This document shows, in pieces, positions 17,696 through 28,159 of a stretch of DNA of 48,026 nt. This DNA comes from Verrucomicrobiota bacterium (lineage in GTDB: Bacteria; Verrucomicrobiota; Verrucomicrobiia; Verrucomicrobiales; DEV007). A model generated the notes under the pieces. The model had not been told where the DNA came from. It made no database searches and worked only from the letters and a program-made list of their open reading frames with translations. The translations under genes were made by a program, and so were the position numbers. Within the stretch, counting starts at the first letter, position 1, and each line of letters opens with the position of its first letter. The stretch is from the NCBI GenBank assembly GCA_045046875.1, contig JASFYY010000085.1, positions 1 to 48,026 on the forward strand. Reading direction: 5' to 3'.

Positions 17696-18949
17696 TTATT
17701 GAAAGGTGAGCTTGAGGCCTTCGCTGCGCCAGCCTTCGGCGACTTCTTGCTGCAATTGTTCGTAGCTGCGTCCGGCTAAAAGGATCTCTACAGAGGCTTC
17801 TTGTTTGTCCGTTCCTGCTACCACAGCCTTGAGATAATCCACTAGACGTTCGCCCTTGCCATCACCATCGATCCTGAGAAAATAGTAGAGCAACAAGTTG
17901 GCTGAAGCGTAGTTTCGTCCGGCTTCACGAGGGGATGCGGTCGAGTTCCAACTCTGGTCAGACATGGTCATCAAGCTTTTGAGGTTGAGCATGGAAAAGT
18001 CACGCTGTGAGGCGCGGTAGCGGGTGATGGCATCTTTGACCGCGCGCCCCGTATCGGTGAGCCGGAAGCGTCCTTTGCTATAGATTTGGGAGGAGGTGAC
18101 TTCGGCAAATCCTTCGCCCATCCAGATGGGCATGAGAGGCAACCAGCGCATCATCACCTGATGGGTGATCTCGTGGGTGAGGGTATTGCTGCGTTTGCTG
18201 TTATCGACGATAAAACGCGTGCCGGTATTTTTTACTCCCAGATTGCCTAGAGGTATGTGGATCATGCCTTTATCGCCTCTGAAAACAAACATTCCCAGGC
18301 TTCCCGGGATACCGCCATTGGAAAAGTATTGCTCTTCCAGTTCGTAGAGCCGGGTCAGATAAAACCCTTCACTTGAAGGCTGGGCATTGAGGCCAACCGG
18401 GAGGGCGTTTGTCAATTCGTAGGTGGCTTCAAAAATTCGCGAAAACTCCCTCACCACGCTTTTTGACAAGCGCACGTTGCTTTGGAATTCGAAGTGCGGG
18501 CTGCGGTAGATGTATTCTCCGGATTTATCTTCTTTGACGACCTGGATTTGATCGAGCTCGAATTCGGCGGAGACAGATTTGGGCCATTCGCCTAATTTAA
18601 GATTATCAAAATTTCCGATGGACCCATTATTAGGATTTTTGTCATTGGGTGAGGGCAGGTTTGATGGAGTCGTTTTGGCTTTCCACTCACTCACATATTT
18701 TTGATCTTCTTTACTCAGGCGTGAAAGCGGAAACTTGAAATTGCCACGACTGGTTTTTAAGGTGAGCTCATCATTTTCGAAAGAGACGATACTGCCTTTG
18801 ATTTCCTTGCCTTCGCTGCTAGTCCAGGTGCGGGATTTTTCTGCCGTTTGAGCAGTGGTTTGGGAAATGGCAATAGCGGAAAGAGCGATAATAAACAGTC
18901 GCAAAGAGTTTATTAGGAGGCGGGAATGTTTGAATGTGAGAGCATGCAT
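17696..18949 (-). CDS. Secreted SHD1-like domain + zinc metallopeptidase protein, paralog 2
   Basis: RTWTSSEGKEIKG...FPLSRLSKEDQKYV; HEITHQ + WMGEGFAE; shares YIYRSPHFEF and HQVMMRWLP with paralog 1. Confidence 0.75.
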   Translation of the reverse strand: MHALTFKHSRLLINSLRLFIIALSAIAISQTTAQTAEKSRTWTSSEGKEIKGSIVSFENDELTLKTSRGNFKFPLSRLSKEDQKYVSEWKAKTTPSNLPSPNDKNPNNGSIGNFDNLKLGEWPKSVSAEFELDQIQVVKEDKSGEYIYRSPHFEFQSNVRLSKSVVREFSRIFEATYELTNALPVGLNAQPSSEGFYLTRLYELEEQYFSNGGIPGSLGMFVFRGDKGMIHIPLGNLGVKNTGTRFIVDNSKRSNTLTHEITHQVMMRWLPLMPIWMGEGFAEVTSSQIYSKGRFRLTDTGRAVKDAITRYRASQRDFSMLNLKSLMTMSDQSWNSTASPREAGRNYASANLLLYYFLRIDGDGKGERLVDYLKAVVAGTDKQEASVEILLAGRSYEQLQQEVAEGWRSEGLKLTFQ

Positions 18950-19156
18950 GGTGTGGGCGGTGGGAGAAAGGTAGGGGCAAAGCGATTTTTGAGCAATTGA
19001 ATAGGCTGGCATTTAGTTGGCATCGGACTTGGCTTGCTTTTTGGAATATAACTCTATTTATAGTTATGTCTGGCTTCGGATTTGGAAAAAAATGGCGGGA
19101 GCATATGGAGACAGGGCAGTGGATCGTTTAGTGGGTCAAGTCTCCTACAAGAAAAT

Positions 19157-19274
19157 CGGGAGGCTTAATTTGAAGCGTGAGCCTTTGCTTCAGCCGCTAG
19201 GTGAGGCAAAATTCATGCTGCCCCCAATGGGGTGGGATCGATTGATCCGGTTACCAAAAGGTATAGGCCTCCCG
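19157..19274 (+). ncRNA. Candidate multi-branched structured RNA (unassigned)
   Basis: 11-bp closing stem plus four internal hairpins found by manual pairing; all G-U wobbles favour the + strand. Confidence 0.4.
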
Positions 19275-19366
19275 GGAGGGGCGAGGAAGTGAGTGCTCGA
19301 GGCTAGGTCATGTCTGATGAAACTGATTTCCTTGACTTAAGTTTGCTGAAATGATAAGCCGGTAAT

Positions 19367-19549
19367 ATGGCTTCAAAAACGATGGTATTGGCGGAATTGG
19401 GTAATGTGGTGGTTCAGGCGGCAAAAGTCGTCAAAGAAAAAAACACTCCTACCCAGAAACGGCAGCAATGGCTGAAAGTATTGACCGAGGCGTCGGAGGC
19501 CTATGCCGCGATCAGCGATGCGGGGCCAGCTCCGAAGAAGAGGCGGTGA
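19367..19549 (+). CDS. Small hypothetical protein (60 aa, helical, basic tail)
   Basis: ATG start with TTGACT upstream at 19332; amphipathic composition; sits alone in an intergenic gap. Confidence 0.55.
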   Translation: MASKTMVLAELGNVVVQAAKVVKEKNTPTQKRQQWLKVLTEASEAYAAISDAGPAPKKRR

Positions 19550-19669
19550 TATGTTGAGAGGGGCGCTCGCAAGGCTTAAAGATCGCAAAGCCCCCCCATT
19601 TTATTTCTGTGTTTCTCTGTGAGCGCTGTGGTTTTCTTTTAAGGTCGTTCATTGTGTGCCGATCACTCG

Positions 19670-19980
19670 GGGTGTAAGGCAATATAGTTAAGCTGCTGAC
19701 CGCTATGCGTTGCGCCCTTTGCAGGGCTGGAAGAATTGGCTTTTTTACCCAGCGCTTCGCACTGGGCTATCTCAGTGAGCACCGTTGGTGCAAAAGAGAT
19801 GAAAGCATACTGTCCTGAAAGGACAAAATGCGATAGCCCGGGGCGAAGCGCTGGGCTGACTCATTGAGAACCGTTGGTGCAAGAGATATGAAAGCAAACT
19901 GTCCTGTAAGGACAAAATGTGATAGCCCGGTGCGAAGCGCTGGGGTTAAATCGGATTTATTACCAGCCCTGAACGGGCGA
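19670..19980. repeat. REP/REPIN-like composite: nested inverted repeats around two tandem 89-nt units
   Basis: Units begin at 19762 and 19851 (next ctggg at 19940). Outer IRs cgccctttgcagggctgg / ccagccctgaacgggcg and cccagcgcttcgcactgggctatc / gatagcccggtgcgaagcgctggg; internal tgtcctgaaaggaca hairpins. Confidence 0.85.
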
Positions 19981-20107
19981 AATGATGTTGATGGGTGATA
20001 AGGGAGCTTTCAATAAACAAGGGCTAACTTTTTTACCCTGCACCCATCATCGGGAGCAAAGTGTCTTGTGGCTTGCGGTGGGCATTTTTTTCGGGCAGGA
20101 TGAGACT

Positions 20108-22324
20108 GTGGCGAATGAACAACAGTCTGGCACCGCTTTAAGCACGGTGACGCACGATCCATGTGAGGCTTTGGAGAAGCATTTTGGCTTCCGCGAGTTT
20201 CTCGATGGGCAGGAGCAGGTGGTTTCGGCGATTCTCAGCGGTCGGGATTCACTGGTGGTGATGCCGACAGGCGGGGGCAAATCTTTGTGTTATCAACTGC
20301 CTGCGCTGGTGATGGATGGCCTCACCATCGTGGTGAGCCCTCTGATCGCGCTGATGAAGGATCAAGTGGACGGGCTGGTAAAAAAGGGAGTGGCAGTGAC
20401 AATGATCAACAGCACTTTGTCGCCTGCCGAGCAGCGTGACCGCATCCGGAGGATGAGGGAGGGGGAGTATAAGTTGGTGTATGTGGCACCGGAGAGATTC
20501 CGCAGCGATAGCTTTGTCAGTGCTTTGCAACAGGTGCACATCGCCTTGTTTGCGGTGGATGAGGCGCATTGCCTGTCGGCCTGGGGACATGATTTCCGAC
20601 CGGATTATTTACGGTTGAAATATGCACTGGAAAAACTAGGGCATCCGCAAACGGCGGCTTTTACGGCGACCGCTACTCCGGAGGTGCGCAAGGATATCCA
20701 GGAGCATCTCAAGTTGAAGGATCCGGCGGTTTCGATCAGCGGTTTTGAGCGTCCGAATTTGAGCCTGCGGGTGAGTCAGTGTTCGGGTAATAAGGAGAAA
20801 TATGCGCGGCTGCAATCGGTGGTGAATGAACAGGGCACGGGCATCGTGTATTGTGCGACCCGTAAGAAGGTCGAGGAGGTTTGCGCATCACTGGAGTCGC
20901 TGGGGGTCAAAGTGATCGCTTATCATGGAGGCATGGAGGACAAGGCGCGTGAGCACGCGCAGAATGAATTTATCAGTGGGGGCTGTGATGTGGTGGTGGC
21001 GACTAATGCTTTTGGCATGGGCATCGATCGTTCCGATGTGCGTTTTGTGGTTCACTATGAACTGCCGGGCAGCATTGAGGCCTATTATCAGGAGGCGGGG
21101 CGTGCTGGGCGTGACGGTGAACGCGCGGTGTGTGAGCTTTTGTTCAATTATGCGGATACACGCACGCAGGAGTTTTTCATCGAAGGAAATAATCCTGGTT
21201 ACACTTTGATCCATGACTTGTATTTGCTGCTGCAGCGTTTTGCCGGTGAACAGGGGGAATTGGTCATGACGATCAAGGAGATGTCCCAGGCTCTGGGAGC
21301 TAAAAATGACATGGGGGTGGGATCGGCTTTGTCAACATTGGTCAGATCGGGTTATATCCAGCGTTATGATGTGTCGGGCAGTCGGGCCAAAGGGACTCGT
21401 TTGTTGCGTCCGGAGGTGGCGGCGGATGATCTCGATATTGACCGCGAGGCTTTGATCGAAAAAGAGCGGCGGGACCGCGCCAAGCTCGACGGTATGGTGA
21501 GTTTTTCCTATGCCAGTGAATGCCGTCAGCAGTGGATCTTGAAATACTTCGGGGAGAAAGAGTCGCAGCCTTGTGGCACTTGTGATCAGTGCGGAGGTTT
21601 TGCGGATGAAAGTGTGGGAGATCAGCGGGCGGGGGATGAAGGTGAACTTTTGAATGCACGCAAATTATTGAGCGGTGTGGCGCGAATGTCGCGAGGAGGG
21701 AAGGGCGGTGACTGGGAGGGGCGTTTTGGCAAGGGCAAGATTGTGGCGATGTTGACCGGCAGTCGCTCGCAGGGAGTGATCAGTGCGCGCCTCGATCAGC
21801 TGACCACTTACGGTATTTTAAAAAAACAGGGCACGGCTTATGTCAATGCGCTGTTAAAAGAGTTGGAGCGGGTGGGTTTTGTCAAAACGGAGAGACGTGA
21901 TCAGTATCCGCTGACTACCCTGACCCGGCGGGGCGATGCGGTTATGCGTGGCAAAGACGGGCAGGAGGATTTGCGGTTGAATTGGCCAACTGACCCAGCA
22001 TCCGGGGCAGGGGGAGCTTCGGCGAGATCAGGTGGGGCTGCTAGAGTGAAGGAGGAGGCGGGCACTGCCAGTGGGGTGCATTTGGGCGAGTTGAACTTTG
22101 ATGAAAAATTGTATCAAAAATTGCAGAAAAAACGTGCTGAGTTGGCTGTGGCAGCAGGCAATGTTCCGCCTTATGTGATTTTTTCGAATCAGACCCTGGA
22201 GTTTTTCACCCGCCTGCGTCCCAAAACCGTCGAGCAAGGTTTGAACATTCGTGGAGTGGGGGAAGTGAAAGCCGAGAGGTATCTAGAGGATTTCCTAGAG
22301 GTGATTAGAAATTGGGGCAGCTGA
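20108..22324 (+). CDS. recQ: RecQ-family ATP-dependent DNA helicase (RQC + HRDC)
   Basis: MPTGGGKSLCYQLP, VDEAHCLSAWGHDFRP, ATNAFGMGID, YYQEAGRAGRDG, CGTCDQC, PPYVIFSN; start set at GTG 20108. Confidence 0.92.
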   Translation: MANEQQSGTALSTVTHDPCEALEKHFGFREFLDGQEQVVSAILSGRDSLVVMPTGGGKSLCYQLPALVMDGLTIVVSPLIALMKDQVDGLVKKGVAVTMINSTLSPAEQRDRIRRMREGEYKLVYVAPERFRSDSFVSALQQVHIALFAVDEAHCLSAWGHDFRPDYLRLKYALEKLGHPQTAAFTATATPEVRKDIQEHLKLKDPAVSISGFERPNLSLRVSQCSGNKEKYARLQSVVNEQGTGIVYCATRKKVEEVCASLESLGVKVIAYHGGMEDKAREHAQNEFISGGCDVVVATNAFGMGIDRSDVRFVVHYELPGSIEAYYQEAGRAGRDGERAVCELLFNYADTRTQEFFIEGNNPGYTLIHDLYLLLQRFAGEQGELVMTIKEMSQALGAKNDMGVGSALSTLVRSGYIQRYDVSGSRAKGTRLLRPEVAADDLDIDREALIEKERRDRAKLDGMVSFSYASECRQQWILKYFGEKESQPCGTCDQCGGFADESVGDQRAGDEGELLNARKLLSGVARMSRGGKGGDWEGRFGKGKIVAMLTGSRSQGVISARLDQLTTYGILKKQGTAYVNALLKELERVGFVKTERRDQYPLTTLTRRGDAVMRGKDGQEDLRLNWPTDPASGAGGASARSGGAARVKEEAGTASGVHLGELNFDEKLYQKLQKKRAELAVAAGNVPPYVIFSNQTLEFFTRLRPKTVEQGLNIRGVGEVKAERYLEDFLEVIRNWGS

Positions 22325-22357
22325 TGTTTAGCCGTCAGCGCAAATTTTCCAGGGGTT

Positions 22358-24076
22358 TCACTTCGGTTGCCGATTACTGGAAGCGTCTTCCAAATAATAA
22401 ATCTTAGGCATCCCTTTTGCGGGTTGCTCGACTTTTTCTTTTTCGACAAAGGATCGTTCTGCCCAGTCGTTCCAGACTTGGTCCATTTGCTTTACTTTGT
22501 CGGGATATTTTGCGGCCAGATTGTTCATTTCGGAGCGATCGCTTTCGATGTCGTATAACTCCCACTTTTTGGTGAAGTTGGTCCATACGATTTTCCATTT
22601 CCCCAAGCGCAGGGCGCGATTGCCTTCGTGTTCAAAATAGATCGGACGTTTTTTCAGGGTTTCTCCTTTGATAAGCGGCATCAGACTGGTGCCTGCCAGA
22701 GGGGTGATGCTTTTGCCTTGCCAGGTTTTGGGGTATTTTGCCTGACCTACTTCGAGCAGGGTGGCACTCAGGTCGATCACATGAGCGGGTTGTCGGTCCA
22801 GTTGTCCCTGGCGTTTCATGGTGCTTGGCCAGTGGATGATCATGGGAGCGGAGATCCCGCCTTCGTGATTGTAGTGTTTATACAAACGGAACGGAGTGTT
22901 GCTGGTATTGGCCCAACCGGTGCCATAACTGTGGAAAGTGCCGGCTTGTCCCATCGTATCCAGGTCGGCTCCGCTATACAGTCGGTTGGTGGGGTAGGGG
23001 TTGTTATCAAAACCGTAAGGATCCCATTCCGAGCAGGCGCCGTTGTCGGATAGAAATACCAGCAGGGTATTTTCCAGTTCTCCATGTTGCTTCAAGTTGG
23101 TCATCACCCGGCCGACATTGTCATCGAGGATTTCCACCATGGCGGCGTAGGTCGCCATGCGGCGGGCCAGATCATGTTGCCGCTTTGCATCGAGATCCTT
23201 CCATGCGGGGATCTGTTGGTCGTAATAGGGGGAGTTGCGATTCCGGTTGGGGACTTTTGGCACATGGCCTCTTGGAGAGAGTTGAAAGCTCGGTTTGAGA
23301 ACTCCTAGTTTCAACATGCGTTGATAACGTTCTTCGCGAAGTTCATCCCAGCCTTTTTTGTAAACGTCGATGTACTTGTCGATCATCTTTTTGGGCGCAT
23401 GCAGAGGGAAATGAGGGGCATTGTAGGCCAGGTAGAGGAAGTAGGGCTTTTTGCTTTCACGGGATTGATCGATGAATTTCAAGGCGTAATCGGTGATGGC
23501 GTCGGTGGCGTAAAAATTATCAGCAGTGTAATTGGGCTGGGGTCGGTCCTGGGGCAAACGGATGTAAAGATCGGGGCGCCAGAAGCTGGCAAAAGCTTTG
23601 TAGTGGCCGTAAAATTCGTCAAAGCCTCGATTGATCGGAGTGCAGTCGGGATCACCAGCGCCTCGCAAATGCCACTTGCCTGACATGTAGGTCTGGTAAC
23701 CGGCTTGTTTCAATAAGCTGGGGAGCGTGACGCTGCGATCAGTTAAAAACCCCCGATAGCCAGGTTTGCCGTTATCCGCTGTCATAAACCCCAGGCCGGC
23801 TTGGTGTGGATATAAGCCTGTCAGCAGAGATGCCCGGGTCGGGCAGCAGCGAGCGGTGTTATACAGCTGGGTCAAACGCAGTCCGCCTGCCGCCAGGCGG
23901 TCAATGTTGGGGGTGTGGATTTCGCCTCCGTAACAGCCGAGATCGGAGTAACCCAGGTCATCGGCTAGAATCAGGATGATGTTGGGGCGTTTGTCCTGAG
24001 CTTGAGCTTGGGTGGTGGCTGAGAAAATCAGGCTGGCATAAAACAAATAGGCGGTCAGGAGTCGGGGAAGCGGCAT
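22358..24076 (-). CDS. Arylsulfatase (formylglycine-dependent)
   Basis: PNIILILADDLGYSD, CCPTRASLLTG (CxPxR), GKWHL, SDNG; signal peptide. Confidence 0.95.
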   Translation of the reverse strand: MPLPRLLTAYLFYASLIFSATTQAQAQDKRPNIILILADDLGYSDLGCYGGEIHTPNIDRLAAGGLRLTQLYNTARCCPTRASLLTGLYPHQAGLGFMTADNGKPGYRGFLTDRSVTLPSLLKQAGYQTYMSGKWHLRGAGDPDCTPINRGFDEFYGHYKAFASFWRPDLYIRLPQDRPQPNYTADNFYATDAITDYALKFIDQSRESKKPYFLYLAYNAPHFPLHAPKKMIDKYIDVYKKGWDELREERYQRMLKLGVLKPSFQLSPRGHVPKVPNRNRNSPYYDQQIPAWKDLDAKRQHDLARRMATYAAMVEILDDNVGRVMTNLKQHGELENTLLVFLSDNGACSEWDPYGFDNNPYPTNRLYSGADLDTMGQAGTFHSYGTGWANTSNTPFRLYKHYNHEGGISAPMIIHWPSTMKRQGQLDRQPAHVIDLSATLLEVGQAKYPKTWQGKSITPLAGTSLMPLIKGETLKKRPIYFEHEGNRALRLGKWKIVWTNFTKKWELYDIESDRSEMNNLAAKYPDKVKQMDQVWNDWAERSFVEKEKVEQPAKGMPKIYYLEDASSNRQPK

Positions 24077-24113
24077 GGGAAAGAGTTTTTTTGCTGAAGC
24101 CGGGGCGGTGATT

Positions 24114-26309
24114 TTATTTTACGCCTAGGGATTCGAGCATTTTTTTGATGTCGATGGTGGGCAATTGGCAGGCAAAATTGGTGCAAACGTAGGCAGTGGC
24201 TTTGCTGCCCAGGCTGGCCTGGGTCTTGGTATAAGGAGCAAGTTTGGCGATGGGGTCCGGATTTTTTTCCGGGCGGAAGATGAGCACTTTATTTGGCAGG
24301 AAAGGTTTTCTCACAGCGGCGAGCATGGTCTGGGTGTCTTTGCGATCGAGTTGGCCAGTGATGACGATTTCATTACTTGGACCGAAGAGGAAGTCGAGTG
24401 CGATCAGGGCGACGGGGAAGGCGCTGGGAGCTTTGCCGATCTCGCCAGAGAAGGCTTTGATGGTGGCATGGGCTTCTGTTTCGTATTGATCGTTGGCGGT
24501 CATGCGGTGCAGTCGGGTGAGATTGAGGACGGCCACGGCGTTGCCGCTGGGGATGGCGCCGCCGTAGAGTTTTTTACTGCGCACCAGCAGTTGCTCGGCA
24601 TCGTCGGCAGTCATGAAAAAACCGCCACTCTTGTCATCTTTGAAATGTTTGACCATCAGGTCATTGAGCCGGATGGCTTCGGACAGGTAGCGGGTATCGA
24701 AGCTGGCTTCGTAGAGGTCGAGCAGTCCCCAGACAACAAAGGCGTAGTCTTCCAGATGGGCGGTGAGTCCGGCTTTGCCGAGTCGTGAGCGCTTGAGTAA
24801 GCGGCCGTTTTTATCGCTCAGGGTGCTGAGCACGTAGTCGGCAGCTTTTTTGGCGGCAGCGGTGTAGCTGGGATCGTTGAGCACTTGCCCGGCGCGGGCG
24901 AGGGCGGCGATCATGAGTCCGTTCCAGTCGGTGAGGATTTTGTCATCTTTCTGAGGATGGATGCGTTTTTCCCTGGCGGTGAAAAGCTTTTGCCTCAGTT
25001 TTTCAATTTTATCAGCTTGATCGGTAGGAATGGCTGCGGTGAGGTGGGGGATGTTGGTGCCGGTGGATCGTCCGGTGGCTTCGTCTTGAAAATTCCCGCT
25101 GTCTTTGATGTTGAAGGTGTTGGCAAAGAGGGTGCCGTCTTCTTCGCCGAGGATCTTTTTGACTTCTTCAAGTGTCCAAACATAAAAGGTACCTTCTTCG
25201 CCTTCGGAATCGGCGTCTTCAGCTGAATAAAAGCCGCCTTCGGGAGAGGTCATGTCCCGCAGCACGTAGGTCAGGATGTCGCGAGCGGTTTGGGCAAAAG
25301 CTTCGTTGCCGGTGGATTGATAGCCTTCGAGGTAGGCCATGGTCAGTAGGGCCTGGTCGTAGAGCATTTTTTCAAAATGCGGGGTCAACCAGACGGGGTC
25401 GGTGGAGTAGCGGTGGAAGCCCAGACCCACTTGATCAAAAACACCGCCCTTACGCATTTCGATGAGTGTTTTGCTGACCATGTCGATCGCAGCGGGGTTG
25501 TGGCTGTGTTTGGCGTAACGCATCAGGAACATCAGGTTGGGTGACATGGGGAATTTCGGGGCGCTGGAAAATCCGCCATTGGTGGCATCGTAACGTCCTT
25601 CGAATTGCTCGAAGGCGGTGTCGAGAATGGTCGGTGGCAAATCTTCGCCGGGAGCTCCTCCCGTCATGGTCAGTAATTGACTGGCAATCTGGTTGGCGGA
25701 TTTATCGATGTCCTCGCGGCGGTCTTTCCATGCGGTGGTGAGCTGGTCGAGGATGGTCATCAAACCGGCACGGTTGCCCTTGTTTTCTTTGGGGAAATAG
25801 GTGCCAGCAAAAAAGGGCTTTTTCTCTGGAGTCATGACAATGGTCATCGGCCAACCACCACTGCCGGTCATGCCCTGGGTGACAGTCATATAAACTTCAT
25901 CGATGTCGGGTCGCTCTTCACGATCCACTTTGATGCAGATGAAACCTGCGTTGAGTTTGTCAGCGGCTTCCTGATCTTCGAAAGATTCGTGTTCCATCAC
26001 GTGGCACCAGTGACAGGTGGTGTAACCGATGGAGAGGAAGATTGGTTTGTTTTGTTTTTTTGCTGCGGCAAAAGCTTCTTCGCCCCAGGGATACCAGTTG
26101 ACCGGGTTGCGGGCGTGTTGCAGCAGGTAGGGGCTTTGGGAAAAGATGAGACGGTTGAACTCTTTGCCGCCGTCCTTGGGCAGTTTGGCAATGACTTCAG
26201 GGGTGGGCAGGGCTTGGCGGACCTTGTCAGGGGAGGTTTGTTTTTCAGCAGACATGGCGGGTAGAAGCAGAGAGAGCAGAACTAGGCAGATAGTGGATAG
26301 AGTTTTCAC
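24114..26309 (-). CDS. Thioredoxin-domain protein of YyaL/SSP411 (DUF255) family
   Basis: [66 protein letters not shown]. Confidence 0.93.
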   Translation of the reverse strand: MKTLSTICLVLLSLLLPAMSAEKQTSPDKVRQALPTPEVIAKLPKDGGKEFNRLIFSQSPYLLQHARNPVNWYPWGEEAFAAAKKQNKPIFLSIGYTTCHWCHVMEHESFEDQEAADKLNAGFICIKVDREERPDIDEVYMTVTQGMTGSGGWPMTIVMTPEKKPFFAGTYFPKENKGNRAGLMTILDQLTTAWKDRREDIDKSANQIASQLLTMTGGAPGEDLPPTILDTAFEQFEGRYDATNGGFSSAPKFPMSPNLMFLMRYAKHSHNPAAIDMVSKTLIEMRKGGVFDQVGLGFHRYSTDPVWLTPHFEKMLYDQALLTMAYLEGYQSTGNEAFAQTARDILTYVLRDMTSPEGGFYSAEDADSEGEEGTFYVWTLEEVKKILGEEDGTLFANTFNIKDSGNFQDEATGRSTGTNIPHLTAAIPTDQADKIEKLRQKLFTAREKRIHPQKDDKILTDWNGLMIAALARAGQVLNDPSYTAAAKKAADYVLSTLSDKNGRLLKRSRLGKAGLTAHLEDYAFVVWGLLDLYEASFDTRYLSEAIRLNDLMVKHFKDDKSGGFFMTADDAEQLLVRSKKLYGGAIPSGNAVAVLNLTRLHRMTANDQYETEAHATIKAFSGEIGKAPSAFPVALIALDFLFGPSNEIVITGQLDRKDTQTMLAAVRKPFLPNKVLIFRPEKNPDPIAKLAPYTKTQASLGSKATAYVCTNFACQLPTIDIKKMLESLGVK

Positions 26310-26535
26310 GGGGCTAGGGTCGCATGAAGGCCGGATAAGCACAAATGATGAATATGGAGAAGAGGTGGGTGCGAATCACTGTTGTTAAAGCTTCGGTAAG
26401 TAAAGATACGCACCTATGGGCGTGGATAGGATGGGGTTTAAATGGTAGCTGGGGGGATTTTCTGATCCTAACTTCAAACTACGGATTTACGTTTTTCTCA
26501 GTGGAGTTCTGTGTTTTCTGCGGTTAAAGAATACT

Positions 26536-27990
26536 ATGAAGTTATGCTCGATTATATTTTTGTTAGGGATGACCCAAGCTGCCTGTTTTTGCAAGGATTC
26601 CTGGCAGGAATTGCTTGGTAGAGCTGCTCCAGCCCAGGTTCTCGTTTTCAGCACGGATAGCAACCCTCCTGAAAGTTATTATTTTATCCCGGAACGGCAA
26701 GATGAAGCCGCGATTGCATATCAATATGTGGGGAATAAGGTTTTGGGAAGTTTTCGCAGCACTCTTAAGCGTGAAGACAAAACAGGTGAGGAGGCAGCAC
26801 TTATTGGATGGACGCATTTTAGGTTGAGTGATGGGAAATGGGTGTCGCTGCAGCTACACCGGCGAGTTTCCGACGGCAAGGTGATGCTGATTCCACAGAC
26901 TGGCGCTTGGCTTTTAACGGATTCCTTTGTGTTGCGAATGCGTAAAGAAGCTCCGAGCTTGCTGGAAGCCGTTCCTGTTGTAAAAAAGGAAGCTTCCAGT
27001 TCTTCAGAAGAGATTCGATACGGCTCATTTGAGATTGAGGGAAAAGAGATCGCTGCAAAAGGGGCCTTTGAGCAAGTATTTGATACATGGCCCGAGGAGC
27101 GTAGGGATTTGGGTGATTATAAGGAGTTTCCTACGGATGGTTTTGACATCAACAAGGAAACGCTTCGGGTATTTGTTCCAGAGAGTTACAAGGCCGGCGA
27201 AGCGCACGGCATGCTGATTTTCATTTCTGCTGGAGATGGACTCTATCAGTTTAGTCCTGAGTGGAAATCGGTTTTTGAAGAGAAGCAAATCATCTGGGCC
27301 ACAGCTAAGGATATAGGTAATAAAAAACCTTCTGGACGTAGGTTTCGATTAGCGAGAGAAGCGCGAAATTATCTGGGGCGCCATTACCGTATTGATCCTC
27401 AACGTGTGTATCTCAGTGGTTTTTCTGGTGGAGGTCGAATGTCAGCAGGAATGATCGCCAAATTTCCTGGAAGTTTTACTGGAACTATTCACTTTTGTGG
27501 CGTGAGCGCGCTAGCCAGGGCGATCCCTCATTATTCTAAGGCGAATGTTGAAATTTATGGATGGCCACCAGAGGGCAATGCTTTGAATACGGCGAAACGG
27601 CTCAATCATTTCGCCTTGATTACGGGTCCTAAAGATTCCAACTACGAGGACACCAAAAACGTTTTTGGTTGGATGGAGAAAAACCGTATCCCGGCGCGCC
27701 TCATCGAGGTGCCGGGCTTAGCTCATCAGGTTCCGCGGGAGCCCGGTCCGATTCGCGAAGCGATTGAGTTCCTAGATCAACCTAGAAAATCAGTAAAATC
27801 TGAGAGTGATGATTCTGAGGAGAATGCTCCATGGAGTAGAGATCTAGAGCAGCTCTCACGCCTTGCCGCCACTCAGCCGGTGAAGGCCAGGGCATTCGCT
27901 GTTCAGTTGTGGGATCGTCATGCGGAGATTCATAATGATGCATCATTTCTCCAGTTGCTTGAGAAGTTGGAGCAATGGCCAAGCCCGTGA
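26536..27990 (+). CDS. Secreted protein with alpha/beta-hydrolase (esterase/PHB-depolymerase-like) domain
   Basis: IDPQRVYLSGFSGGGRMS (GxSxG), TGPKD, GLAH; signal peptide. Confidence 0.7.
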   Translation: MKLCSIIFLLGMTQAACFCKDSWQELLGRAAPAQVLVFSTDSNPPESYYFIPERQDEAAIAYQYVGNKVLGSFRSTLKREDKTGEEAALIGWTHFRLSDGKWVSLQLHRRVSDGKVMLIPQTGAWLLTDSFVLRMRKEAPSLLEAVPVVKKEASSSSEEIRYGSFEIEGKEIAAKGAFEQVFDTWPEERRDLGDYKEFPTDGFDINKETLRVFVPESYKAGEAHGMLIFISAGDGLYQFSPEWKSVFEEKQIIWATAKDIGNKKPSGRRFRLAREARNYLGRHYRIDPQRVYLSGFSGGGRMSAGMIAKFPGSFTGTIHFCGVSALARAIPHYSKANVEIYGWPPEGNALNTAKRLNHFALITGPKDSNYEDTKNVFGWMEKNRIPARLIEVPGLAHQVPREPGPIREAIEFLDQPRKSVKSESDDSEENAPWSRDLEQLSRLAATQPVKARAFAVQLWDRHAEIHNDASFLQLLEKLEQWPSP

Positions 27991-28159
27991 GCCGCGAGTT
28001 GTAGGAGCTTAAAATTTCGCTGCGAGTTTTTTTAATATGAAGAGGAATATGAAGGGAGGATCCCCATGCAAAAAAGTTCTTGTGCGGGGTGGATGTTGTT
28101 GTATTATGGGGGGAGGGAATATTCGGGGGAGCCGAAGAGCTTGGGAAAGGAGATCACTT

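Noticed and set aside
19195..19305. M-box (ykoK) riboswitch call
   Set aside because: Only scattered word matches; the central conserved hairpin is missing and no Mg transporter follows; kept only as an unassigned RNA candidate
19313..19356. Hammerhead-like CTGATGA...GAAA words
   Set aside because: Stem II does not close next to the core and no convincing stems I/III were found; the segment overlaps a likely promoter
19762..19945. Possible CRISPR array
   Set aside because: Only two 89-nt units that are similar along their whole length; no unique spacers and no cas genes; fits a REP-like element
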